From Azolla caroliniana (Eukaryota; Plantae; Polypodiophyta), in contig JBHGNT010000013.1 of NCBI GenBank assembly GCA_043228905.1, positions 20,398,001 through 20,462,000 of the forward strand: a stretch of 64,000 bases of DNA. The letters are read 5' to 3'. The notes under the pieces are model-generated. The model did not search any database. It was not told the DNA's origin and was given only the letters and a program-made list of their open reading frames with translations. Position numbers and translations under genes: made by a program. This document shows, piece by piece, positions 33,101-46,485 of the stretch (position 1 is the first letter of the stretch; every line of letters starts with the position of its first letter).

Positions 33101-35996
33101 TGTTTCTTGAATCCAATGGATTTTTTGGTAGAATTAGTGTTGGTTAAAGTGGTGGACTGTTAGGGATAAATTCTATTTGGAAGTAAAACTTGGAGGAATA
33201 GTTAGAATTTTAATGTGTTGATTGGGATCAAATTTTGGAGGAAGTTGAATATAATCACAACTAGCACCCACACATCCAAGGACTCACCACAAATTAATAG
33301 AGTCAAATAAGATCAAATTTCAAGACGGGTCCTACATTGTTCGACCCTAAGCTCATCCAATGTTGAGTATTTATTCGTAGTTGTATAAAGCTTATTTCTA
33401 ATAATACCCAACGGTTTTCTAATTACATGTAATCTCCTTTCATGACCATTCTCATTGGCAACAATTGGAAGAATCACACATCATGATTCAATATGTTTGA
33501 ATATATACATATATTCCCATTTGTGAGTATTTGTCCATACTTCTTTTACATGTTCGAGTACATACATATAAGCACCACATTCTAAACATGTTGCTTAAAG
33601 GTATGTGAGACTATGTGACATTTATCAATTGTAGTCATGCAAAGCCATTAAGAATACACCACTTAAAAGTCTATACCCACAATGGGCACATATATGGCAT
33701 TTCCTATCAAGAATTTACCAAGTTGTAAATGGAATTAAGTGAGTTGATATTGAAGCTACCTCCAAGTGTTTGGTTAGGAAGTAGACGCCCAAGCAAGTGC
33801 CACAATTTTTTGCACCTCTTTGAGTTTTTTGGCTATTTTTCACATCTCATTGGTAGTAGAGATCTAAGGTAGGTACATCTGTGCCTCCCTTTGCAACTAT
33901 GGGGGGGATCCATAACCTTGGAGAACTCATGTCAACAATCTCGTAACCATGCCCCTTAGTACAATTTTTAGAAGGACTCAACCAAATGGAAGGTCAAGCA
34001 CCAAAATCAAGTATCGTGAATTTCTACTCAATAATTATAAGTTGCTTTAAACAATCTTAATGTACACACATTTAGTTATGTTTAAGTTAAGGTCCCCATT
34101 ATTTTTATGTTTACAATGTTAATGAGTTTTGGGGTGGTATTGCTCAATATGTTGTGGACTTGTAATCTTTATTTTGTTTATCCAATACCCAAATCATTAT
34201 CCTATTTGTCATAGGTATGCTACGGTCTACCACATTGCCTAGCAACTAGATTAAGTCACAATTTTCTTGGCTTGGATATGTAGATCGGGGTTAATGGTTC
34301 TTGTAATTAGTGTGAATAAATCTATTGATACCTAACAAAATGTCCTTTGGATAAGAAGGAAAGTATGGATATGACATCGTAAAGCACATGCTTGTGAAGT
34401 TTATTACTTATCAATTTTTTTTAGATTCCAACCAATAGATCTCTTTAGGAATGGAGAAAGGCACTTTGAGCTAGGAATAAGCGACATTGAAGAGTCATGC
34501 CCCATCAAGATAGATGTGTGTCATGAATGTAAATTTTTGGGGGGCCACATCTAGATGGAAAAACATAGAATGAGTTAAACGATATTATTATTTTCATCAT
34601 CAAGTGAGAAGGTTGATTAGAGAAACCCCTTCTCATTTTCGCTAGTTGGTGCATATGTACTTGCACAAAGTAAAGGTGATGACCTCTTTCTTGTATTCGT
34701 AACTTTTTTCTATTGCCTTTTTCGATGAAAGACAAACAAGTTTTACCTTAAACTAAAACCCCATTTCCCTCTACAAACTTCAAAGAAACACAAGGCACCT
34801 TTTCTAAAGTCCCCGAAGGAGGAGAGAAGGGAACCTACGAGGAGTTTTCCATCCACTGGCACTTATTAATGATTTGCCTGCATGCTTATTCACATAGAAA
34901 TAAAAAAAACGTAGGATAATCTTATTTCTTACATCTTAAGAATATTGTATCTCTATGTAATGGAAATAACAACACACTTTTCAAGTTTTTGACAAGATCT
35001 AGCGCATCACTTGTGTGTCTCATTGTGATTGACCCAATGCCCTTTTGGATTAATTGGCCAACGAATCTAGTAAGAATGGAAAAAATAAATAAGGGAATTT
35101 TATCGTGTATTCTTCTTATTCCTAATATATGTGAAATCGGGGCTCTCCAACAATTTCGTTTTCTCAACAATTTCTAGGCTTTCATGCTATATGGTGGTAT
35201 CTACAAAAGAATGCATGAATGTGTGGAGCGCAAGTCTCCTCCTTAGCCCTCATAGTGCACAAAACCCACTAGACATGGACAACAATTGAATATATGCAAA
35301 TTTGGGGATCACGAAATCTGCAAGAAGCAGGGTCAATTGTGGCATCAATCGGTCTGATCTAGTGGTATCCTTGCGTGCACATCAATCGATACTCAGGGGA
35401 AACACATAATTGCAGGTGCCATCATAGCTATATGGATTGATCTAATTGTATCCTTGCATGCACAATGCGAAAACTTTTAGGGAGATTCAAAGTCTCAAGA
35501 GTTGGCATGAGCACAATTTATCTCACTCTAGGAAACCACACCATTGGTGGACTTCACATAAGGACATTTGAAATGGTGCTACCAGCCACCTCACTAGCTA
35601 TACCCCCTGGCCAACAAATCACCCATATTGCTTTCAGTGATATTAATGTCCATCTGCATTTAGAAGCTTGCTACTTGTGTTTTGATGCTTGTTGAAAAAT
35701 AACATGTTTTGTCATGCAGTCGTTGTTGTTATGTGGACAACGATTGCCCCCCCTCTCTTTTTATCTAAGGTGTCACGCAACGATAGCCAAATATATATGA
35801 AAGTTGTTAATGGGTTTAGGGTTAGGGTTGATGATGATGATAGTGGGATGTGGTGATGATTAGCATTATGGGGTTCATGGCGTGATTGCGATGTGCATTG
35901 AGAAGCATTGTGGGGTGGGGGTTGGTGCTTAGAATGGCTCCACCCCCCTCCCAAGGGGGTTCAACGTGAGAGAGGGAGAGAGAAGAGAAAAGGTGT

Positions 35997-36030
<34 letters not shown>

Positions 36031-36036
<6 letters not shown>

Positions 36037-38200
36037 ATTATCGTTTTCGGAGGTCAAATATGACCTATGAGACCAAAAATATTACATTTCACGTGATACA
36101 TGTGAAAGTGAGTAGTGACTCTCGATGTTCAAGAACTTTACCAATGAATGTTGCAATCTAGAGTGCACATTGTGGTTGTGAGAGGAATTCATGCAAGGAT
36201 TGGGCTCGGTCGAAGAGATGTGGAAAGCATGGTCGAATATGATCAAACGTAGAGGATTATATCAAAGTGTGATACTCAGACTCTCAAACTTGTTTAGGGA
36301 AAAGTGTGCATAGCCGACCACTCTCATCAATGGTGCCCCAACACCCTGTCTCACATGGCAATGCATGTGAGCTAAGTCGCATGGAAGCAATGGTTCGAAT
36401 GGCAGATAACGGTATGGGCTCTAACATGCATCGATGTGTATGGTTTCCCGGTTCCGCAAAGAATATGGTTTTGTAGTTAGGTGCAACATGTGTAGTATAA
36501 TGTGTGAAGCGTGAGCCTCCACATTTGTCCCATGTCATGATACATTGGCATTGCAGAAAGGCCTCATTTACAGAGGAATCTAGTGATGCATCATGAAGCA
36601 AGTGTCTCACATCCCATCTACCAAACCGTTTTTCTATATCTTGCATCCAATTGGAACACAAAATTTTGCTTTTTTGCGTCTTTTGGATCTTTTTGCTTGC
36701 TTCCCATGCAATTCTAGGAAGTCGATGTGAGGGACTTTTTTGAACCTTAAGCATGTATTCAACAACCCTTTCCATGGCCATGATCTCAATGGGAAGCAAT
36801 CCCGTCTCAAGGCGGAGGGTGTAGGGCGTTTGTCTCTTAACTTGTAGAAACTTTGTAAGAAAATGCTTTTTGACATTTTCAAACTCTTTCCACATAGATT
36901 TAGGGATGTTACCGCCCCATACTTCCACCCCATAGAGAAGAACCTGTGTCACCAAAGTGTCGAAAAGATATTTCTTGAGGACCCAACACTTAATATCTCC
37001 AAGATTGCATGTGTTCTCAAATGCATAGTACGCTCGCTTACCCGCCTCTAAGCGGCATGTAGCACATTCATTCCATCTATGATTTGAAGGAACTTCAAGG
37101 CCAAGATATTTGAAGCTTTCCACACATTCAAGTGGCTCATTGTTGTACATAATACATGGTTTATCTCTTTTTTGGCTCTTCACAAGCATAATCTTTGTTT
37201 TAGAGCTATTGACACTTAATTTAGTATGCATGCAAATTTTTTCTAATGCCTTCATGAGCTTTTGTGCATCTCCTAAAGTATTTGCAAAAAACACTACATC
37301 ATCTACATATAGCATTTAAAGCATAATCACAACATTCCCAATGGCAACTTCTTCAACACATTCTTCCTTTGCAAACTTGGTAACCATTTCTTCCAATTCA
37401 TTAATGCATAGACTAAATATTGTTGGTGAGAGTGGGCATCCTTGCTTAACACCAATAGTGCTTTTGAAAAAATCTAAAAGTTTATCTCTCATACACACAC
37501 AACATATAAACTTCTCATAAATTCGGGAAATTGCAAGCATATATTCACTTGGCACCTCAAGTTCTTCCATTCGCCTCCAAAGATGCTCACGAGGTACCAT
37601 ATCAAAAGCTTTCTTGAAGTTTACAAATCAACAATATAAACCTTTACCTCTAAGGCGACTTTCCTCCATTAATACTCGAAGGGTGACAAGGTGATCAATG
37701 GTGTTATGGTGTTTTCGAAAGTCAGCTTGTCCATAAGCTCTCTTACCATTTTTTTCAGCCCATACACTTATCTTTGATTCCATTATACACCCAAATAGTT
37801 TTGCCATTAATGAGCCAACCATGATAGTTTGATAGTTGTTTACATTATTTACATCTCCACCTTTATGTAAAGGTTTGATCCAATTTGTAGTCCAATCATA
37901 CGGCATACCATGTTGCAATGCATCATTAAACATATCGCTTATCCATACATGTGCTTCCTTTCCCATCCATTTGAGCATTTCAGCCTTTATACATTGAAGA
38001 TCGTTTGCCTTTCGAGAGGCCAATTTCTTAAGTCCTATGCATATATCTTCAATTGTAAAGAAGGGAGACATAATATGTGAAAGAGAACCATAACCCATCA
38101 TCTTTCCGGCAAGAGATAACTCATATAAATTCTTACAAATTGCATAGACAAGTCGTGAAGAGTTAAGTCACCATAACTCTCAACACGTTTCCCATTTAAA
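36031..38200 (-). mobile_element. 5'-truncated, decayed non-LTR retrotransposon (RTE/RTE-X-like RT plus C-terminal zinc-finger region)
   Basis: IKPLHKGGD, QADFRKHHNT, GVKQGCPLSP, LYVDD, FKYLG, RLSSHALPCETG...RLC motifs in three broken ORFs; ends at the (GA)n tract 36001-36030. Confidence 0.85.
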
Positions 38201-38463
38201 TTTCCCCATACGGTGGGGTTAAATAGTTACAACATAGGGGGCAAGCCCCCTTGGCCATTCACACTAGTCACTCACTCACACCTCTTCTTATCTATCCACT
38301 CACACTCACACTTACATTCACACTCATAATCATATACGTTACACATACATACAACAACATTAAGTTTCTTCACCCTCACTCAACTCTTCGTACATCTCGT
38401 ACGGTAACAAAAGCGATCTAGTATAAATTGTAGAGTATCTATAGATACTTAGAGTGTACATTA

Positions 38464-39072
38464 TTTTTTTTTATTTTTTTTCTTCAAAGATTTTCTTCAA
38501 TAGTATTAAGAAAAAACACTTGAAGGCTACAACTTGAGCTTGTCTGCCTAGAAGTTTACAACTTTTTATGTACAATGATGTACAGTACTCCTAAGACCAA
38601 AGCTAAGACCAAAGATAGGATTTGTAGAAGGTGTTGGAATTTGTTGATGCTCACAACCATGATTTACTGATATTCAGCCCTTGAGTTGACTCTATAAACA
38701 AGGGCAACTTTTTCCATAAGTGAAGGAGCTTTTCCTTCTCTTGTTCACAGTTCTCTTGTTCACAGTCTCTGGGAACCATGCATATTGTCATACTGGCCAT
38801 GGACTACTGCCAGCAAGTTCTCCCATATCTCAAGCAAGACATCTAAGGGACGTTGATTTGTTGCATCATAAAGTCGGTTACATCGACATTTCCATAATGC
38901 CCATAACATTACCGGAGTCACTGTTTTCCAAACCTGGACAGATCACACCTACTTTTGAGGTTGCTAAAAGGGGCTAACTAATATCAATCTTCTATTATGT
39001 ACCATCATTGCCTCCTAAACATCGTCTGCCTCATACAACATCAAGTTGGAATGTAACACTCCCCACATTGCA
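38464..39072 (-). mobile_element. 5'-truncated L1-like LINE 3' end, copy 2
   Basis: Homologous to 27148-27701; perfect 15-bp TSD TTAGAGTGTACATTA (38449-38463, 39073-39087). Confidence 0.8.
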
Positions 39073-42000
39073 TTAGAGTGTACATTACATATGTGTGTGT
39101 GTGTGTGTGTGTGAAATAGTTTGTTCAATGTTGGCAACCCAACAAACTTGCATCAATAAAATTAACGTAAGTTTATGACTGACCACCTATAATTTTAAAT
39201 GGTCGTACAATGTAATGTTTGAACTTTAAGGTATCAACTTTTAGGTTATGGCCTAGTATATGTGAATTAGTTTGTTCAATGTAGGTTGCCCCATGAACTT
39301 GTAATAATAAAACTAATGTAAATTCTATGACCCGCTCGATGTCTATAGTTTTTAAAGAGGCAAATCTACAATGATATTTTTGAGCTCAAGGTATCTTTTA
39401 GGAGTCGAGAACTTGACAGTTATAAGGATGTACTTTACGAGATTGTAGGAACTTTAATACAATACCTACAAATGGTTTGGTTAGTATAGACGCCAATCTA
39501 GTTCCCTCTATATAAGAGGAAAGGAAGAAGACAAGGAGAAGGGATAGCAAACAATGAAGAATAATTGGTCGTAAATAGGTAGAATGAAAATACACACATG
39601 TTTGATGTTTCCAAGCTAATTTGCACTCTAGAGTAGAGCACTTTTACTCCTCTTACATTTGCTATTAGTTGAAAATCTGAATCCCCCCTTTGTCATGTCT
39701 AAGTGATGTCTTGTTATGGTAACGCTTGTTATTAATCAAATTGTATTTTGTCCATTTGAGACGACTTTCCTTAATGCTGCATAACTTAACACTATGTATT
39801 GAGTTTTCTTTCCCACTTTTCATTTAGTAATCGAGCAATCAATACTTAACATACTCCCATTAGTGTATGTGTTGTAACCACAATCAACATTGGCTATTTG
39901 TAGTTGACCTTCGTCAATTGGCAACCATATTGCTATACAAATTGAGTCACTACCATATTGATCATAGTTAACACTTTTGTCTGACTCCTGGCTGACAACA
40001 AGCAAGCATTGATGACCATGACAATACTTGGTGCCCACGATTGCAATTTGCAACATATGGAATAATTTGAAGGATCCAAATCCAACATTTTGCAAAAAAT
40101 CATTGTCATCATAGTATGAATGAAATGTTCATTCACATTTATATTACATTCCCAAAAGGCAAACATTGTTGACAATCAATTGGTATAAACTTATGTGTAA
40201 CATCCAAATTTAGTTATGTCATTATAATTTTTCACCAAACAATCTACACAATCAATTGTGAAAGTTTGGTGTATGACATGTATTTTGTTCAACATGATCA
40301 TAGATATGAGTCATATAGTGGACTAATCCCTACATTGTGCGATTAAATTATATCTCATTTATCACAAAATTGTGGATGATGATGTTAATATACAAAACTC
40401 TAAGAATTTGGCTCATACATCAACAATTTCAAAGAACTTATCGATGTTCGGTGCAGTGCTAAATCGAATGGGAACTTCATTTTTCCATGTCTCATTATTG
40501 TTGATTCAGTATACAAGGTGTTGTGAAGTTGAGAGACAAACGGTTCATTGCCCTCCATTTTCATTATGTTTAATGCATACAAGTGAATTAATGTGCCAAG
40601 CACATGCAACACATCACAAAAAGGCTTCCCTAGTAAATGAAGAGTAATTTCAAATGAAATAGAATGGAGATTCATACGGTTCAATTTGATTTTCTCTTTA
40701 TTTAACACTGGCATGTTTGCAATGGAAGTGAAAATATGTATCCTTATGACTTCTTTATTTCAAACTATAAATCAACGATTGGAAGAAACAAAATGTGTCA
40801 CGTCTTTTGCAAACATGTTCCTTGTCCTAATGAGAAAGGCAGTCCAAGGTCACATTGAAAGATGCTCCCTTTCTCTATTGTCTTCTTTCTTTCTTTTCAT
40901 AGAAGTCAAAGACAAAATGAAAACAATTTGAATATTGCTATGAAAAAACTTATGTTCTCCTATTCAAGAAAGGCTTTTGTGGTATTGGAGATACAATAGC
41001 TCAAGAAGGACCTCTATTTTAGTTTGAGGAGTCTTTCACACTCCCATCAAATTAAGATGTGTATCTTTCTCTCTTCCTCAAGGGATTTTGGAAAAACCCA
41101 CATTTATGCAAAATTATTATAATAATGTTTTGGTTTACAGTAAGTCAAAACTAAGTGGATGAATATATTGTCTTGTATGTTTATATTTATTCCCTAACTT
41201 GTTAAAAAATTGCATTATCTACATTGATCAAGATACCAAAAACTCTCTATGAGTTACGTCGCTCGCCACACCTAGTACAAAATGAATAAATTTAATTGAA
41301 TGTAAGTTTGGGTTTATGCTAGTGTTATTAGTTTATATTTGGCCCAGATAAAAGGTCATGCATCTTATGCATCAAATTTCTCATACCTTAGTATACATGT
41401 TGCAATTCGGCTAGAACGTAGTTGTAGTCTTGTTCTTGTGTGGTGCAATCTCAATTACATAGCTCTAACCTACAGAGTGAAAGGTGAGGCTACTTGAGCT
41501 ATCCACCAATTGTATCAAAGGTCATGATTGTACATAGTTGAATTACCACCTCTTATGTTATCTAAGTTTGTGTGATGTAAGTTACAAAATTCCTAGAGAC
41601 CATGTCTTTGCATAAGAGAGGAAGGTTAGCAATGCTAGAATTGATCCAAAATGACATTATTTACTATTTTTAGAGAAAGTTGCCGAGATAATTGTTATGA
41701 TTGAGTAGGCTATCTTTTTAAATTGGGTACCAGTTCACCAAATAATTTGATGCTTTTTCATTTGCTTTTTTTCTATGTTGTAAACAAGTTGCAACCACCC
41801 ATTGACTTATGATTGGTGCACATTGGACTTAATGCAATACATGAATGTTATTATGATTAGTATGCCTATATATTCAATACAACTTAGTTTCTTGGATTAA
41901 GTTGTCAAACATCAAACAATTTTTGTACTCATATACGCTTCTTCAGGAACACATGAGCATACATAATCTTTCTACTCTAATTGAACTCAAGAAATCTCCA

Positions 42001-43336
42001 ATATAAGATTCTTTGTTTTTTTACTACACAGAACGAACTAAGTTGTTAAAATCTAATCTATTGATGTCTATGCTAAGTGGAAAAAAGAGCAAGGGAAGCA
42101 ACAAGGACCACGGTCATTTTGGACTTTCTAAGAGTCATTTAATGGACGGCCCAATCCAAAAGAAGCAATGGAGAGCATCTCAATTTGAATTACCTTGATC
42201 AACGTTTTGTATTTTGATGATAACTATGAAGAATTACAAAGTTGACGTTTTGGACAATTACCTATGCTAGAGAGGTGAGAATGAGAAGAAGGTAAAAGTT
42301 TCAAGAAGTCTTTTTGGAGGTTTGTATGCTCTAGAATTGTCTCTCCCACGAGCATGCCAAGGTGTTACCCAATAGGATTTGCAAAAACACATAATCCGTG
42401 GATGAGCTCTACCAATACTATATAGTGAGATTAACATATGCAAATAGATTATATAAAGAATGTTTGCATATTAGAACGTCATAAGTAGGATATGAACATA
42501 TATGATTTAGGATAGCATATGAAAGGACATGAGTAGAGGATGTAAATAGGTGTTTTTTCTTACGATGTTATAAAGGAATCAAAGGTTTGCCATGGCATTG
42601 CTTCATCTCCATATATATCTATCTCTCAAGGCTTTTAACCTTCTCGTTTCCATAAAACAACCTTACAAACTCATGTACATCTCTATATGCCTGTCTCTCT
42701 ACGATGGCAACTACTTGGTAAGAGAATCTTCAAAAACAAATCACTATCTTATAAAATCATAATTCTAATGTCCAAAGAAGAGAATTGGGTGAGATTGGCA
42801 ATGGAGAGATCGTTGAGTCGAAAACACACATCGACTATAAACATGAATTCAAATGTCATGGAGGATTTGGAAGACACCATATGGCGTCAAACCATTTATT
42901 GACACAATAGAAACATAAATTATTTGATGGTCTCACTAGGAGTCCATTTGTACCACACTGGTTTGGTTAAAGTTATCTACCTTCCCTTCATGCCAGAGTA
43001 TAGGTACAAAAACTGAAACTTGCAAATTTCACCTTGTACCACGTAAAGTAAGGTAGGTGTGGAGATATGGTGTGTCCTACCTTTCCATGTAAACCTAAAA
43101 GTTTCTTATAGCTTTTCACACACAAACACAAACACACTCAAGTATAGGTAGATCCATATCTAATGGCCAACTTTCCTCAAGTCTTTTGTGTATCTTCCCT
43201 TTGAGTGCATCAAATCCTCTTCATTCTATTTCTTCCGCCTCAATTCTAACCCATTGGTTGTCGGAATTGTTGGATCTCTCCCGTGCAGACATACACCTTC
43301 CTTCAACAACAACAGTCTAAAGCATTCTTGTAACCC

Positions 43337-45385
43337 ATGTCACCTGCATTCGGATTGCCATCGACACCCATATCCACATTGGCATTGCCCACATCGACCA
43401 CGACACCCATATCCACACTAGCATTGTCACCATCACCATTGTCACCATCACCATCACCATCACCATCACCATCACCATCATCACCATCGCCATCGCCATC
43501 GACCACGGCATTGCCATCGCCATCGCCATCCCCGGATGCACCAGAATCGTCGCCAAATGGGCAGAGTTTCTCCGGCTCTAATGACCCCACCCCCACCCCT
43601 ACCCCTAATACCTTTCTGAATGTGAAACCTCACAAAGCCCACGATTCTGCTTGGGCAGAGCTGAGGGACGCCATCGCCGCGAGTACGGTGAAGAAGGAAC
43701 AGAGCTCCCCAAAACCTAATGGTGCAAAGACCACCCCTGTAAGGTATGTGAAGGAGAATCTCTCCATAGCTCATTTCAAGGTTCTAGGTAGACTAGGCTA
43801 TGGCGATATAGGGAGTGTGTATCTGGCTCAATTGCTGAGGGAGGAGGATGAGCAGAAGAAGAAGAACAGTAGTAGTGAGTCATTAGCATCCAGGGGGCAG
43901 GGGAAATTCGCCATTAAAGCTATGGACAAAGCTGTGGTGAGGAGCAGGGAGAAGGTGCAGAGGATGGCGATGGAGGTGGAGGTGTTGGAGATGGTGGATC
44001 ATCCCTTCTTGCCAACCCTCTACGCCCACTTGGACACGGAGCGCTTCTGCTTCCTGGTCATGGACTTCTGCTCTGGTGGTGACCTCCATGCCCTCCGACA
44101 CAGGCAACCACGCCGCGTCTTTCACCCAGATGCTGCCAGGTAATAGGTATATATGTGCATGAATAATCAATCATCCAAACCCCACTTATCAGCTCCGCTG
44201 TTTCTTAATCACTCTCTCCCAGCCTAATCTATCCCTTAATCCCAACACCTTTGTGCGTAATCTTTCTCGATTAATCCACTAAAGAAATGTGTATTGTTCT
44301 CGGACACTCAGTGTTGGTGGCATGCGAGAATCATAAGCATATTCTCACCATTTTTGGCCCCATCTTAACTAATGCAACAACACTGCTTTTCTTCTGGAAC
44401 CAGGTTTTATGCCTCTGAAGTGCTTGTGGCCCTGGAATACCTTCACATGTTGGGCATTGTTTACAGAGATCTCAAGCCTGAGAATGTCTTGATAAGAGAG
44501 GATGGACACATCATGCTAACAGACTTTGATCTCTCCCTCAGATGTGATGTAAAACCCCAACTAATCAAAACATGTAACCCACTTTCATCGCCATCACCAT
44601 CGCCGTGGCCATCACAGAGCCGCCTCTCTCGCTCTTCCTCCTCCTCAGGTAATCGAATGCGCCTCTTTCGATCCCTATCATCATCATCATCATCATCATC
44701 ATCACAGAGTAGTCGTCTGTTCCGGTCTCCATGGCTATCGAGGAGGAAGGTTCGTGTCTCCGGATCAGCCGATCATACAAGTACATCCTCGTCAACCCTG
44801 GCACATGCTCCTCGTCACGATGATATGATCGATCCGATGCTTATCCAAGTTGTCGCGGAGCCGACACAGGCTCGATCAATGTCATTCATCGGGACTCATG
44901 AATACTTAGCTCCAGAGATCATATCTGCTCAAGGCCATGGTAGTCCTGTGGATTGGTGGACATTGGGGATCTTTCTCTATGAGCTCTTATTTGGCACCAC
45001 TCCATTCAAGGGATCTAGCCATGCCGAAACCCTCACAAACATCTTAAAGGAGGAGGTCAAGTTCCCAAAATCCGACGACTTGGGGCACGCGAGAGATCTA
45101 ATCAAACGACTTCTGATCAAAGATCCGAGTAAAAGGCTTGGATCTACTAAAGGGGCAACTGAGATTAAGCTCCATCCGTTCTTTCGGAGTGTTAATTGGG
45201 CTTTGATTCGGTGTACAACCCCTCCACAGGTGACCAGATCAGGCTCTATGATGGGGACAAATGTGCATTCTAGTAATAATTGTCATCATCACCTTCACCA
45301 AAACAACCACAATGGCCCCACAACCAGAGTTTTCACTATCCACAAGACTGTCTCCAAGGCACATTCTCATTTTGCCTACTTCTAG
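43337..45385 (+). CDS. AGCVIII family Ser/Thr protein kinase (PINOID/D6PK/AGC1-like), 2 exons, 594 aa
   Basis: Exons 43337-44139 and 44404-45385 (GT-AG, phase 2, in AR/FY). Motifs [26 protein letters not shown], diagnostic DFD, kinase insert, [14 protein letters not shown], terminal FxxF (FAYF). In-frame TAA two codons upstream of the ATG. Confidence 0.93.
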
Positions 45386-46003
45386 ACTACCTAAAACTGT
45401 ACGTGACAAGAGTTTAGTGAATCACATCCTTACTTGTTTTAAGTACTTGTCACCACATGTAGCAAGGGTGTTTTTACTCGTTTGTGATGTTTCCATTTCG
45501 TTTCTATACCCACCGTGTACCCACGGGCCACGACCAAAGTTTTCCTTGCCCCGTGGCATCCCTACAGTATGTATCTGCAACTAATCTTTTCTCTACCCTA
45601 TATCTCCAGAATTTACCTGCACCAAAGTGAGTTTTCGCTACCGTGGTATAGCATCTCTACCCATTGTGGCTCCATAAGCAAAGTTTCTTTACCCATTAGT
45701 CTACCTCCAAGGCATATTATCATTTTTTACTACTTCCAGACTACCTAAATTATGTGTAGCAAGCAATTGATTAGTGAAGCAGATTCTCGTTTGGCTTTCT
45801 TATGGGCTACCTAAATATCTACAAGCATGTAACGAAACTTCTATGCTCACTGCCAAAATTTTCTAACCACAATACTACCTGCAAGGCACATTCTCATTTT
45901 GACTACATCTTGACTGTAAAATGTATGTAACAAGAGTTTAATGAGACCTCCATTAAACATCATAATTGTCCTCAAGGATAATGATCCAATCTCTGTCACA
46001 GAA

Positions 46004-46093
46004 GGAGTATATATTAAAAGTTAAAACAATATAACAGGGCATAACCCTGGAGTATATATTAAAAGTTAAAACAATATAACAGGGCATAACCCT
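46004..46093. repeat. Perfect 45-bp tandem duplication
   Basis: GGAGTATATATTAAAAGTTAAAACAATATAACAGGGCATAACCCT twice. Confidence 0.9.
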
Positions 46094-46288
46094 TTCCTTC
46101 TGACTCTCAAGCAAAGGAGTGACCTTAGGACAAACAAGGAAGCCACATGTTGCTTACCTTCCAAACCAACAGATGAGAATCTCTTGTAACAAACTCTTTG
46201 GGTTCAAGAGGTCGTGTTTTTGTCTCTCAAGAACATTATGAAATATGATTGTACAAACCTCACAAGGTGGCACAACCTTGCAATATTG

Positions 46289-46436
46289 CCTCTTGGTGCC
46301 CATTGTCCTCTAGCATAGAGGGATCACTATGCATGGCTCAGAACCTGAAAAATCGTAAACATGACTCATACCTCTTGGTGCCCATTGTCCTCTAGCATAG
46401 AGGGATTACTATGCATGGCTCAGAAGCTGAAAAATC
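46289..46436. repeat. Tandem duplication, 82-bp period
   Basis: CCTCTTGGTGCCCATTGTCCTCTAGCATAGAGGGAT... at 46289 and 46371. Confidence 0.85.
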
Positions 46437-46485
46437 CTTCATATGGCAAAAGCATGCTTGGCTCTACACAAATACACACTATGCT

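Noticed and set aside
29600-35900. Short ORFs and faint retroelement-like peptides in AT-rich DNA (also 39100-43000 and 54500-58700)
   Set aside because: No motif strong enough to call by eye; probably very old TE debris.
43188-43774. Overlapping GD-, MV- and HP-rich ORFs
   Set aside because: Alternative frames of the (TCACCA)n repeat in the kinase exon.
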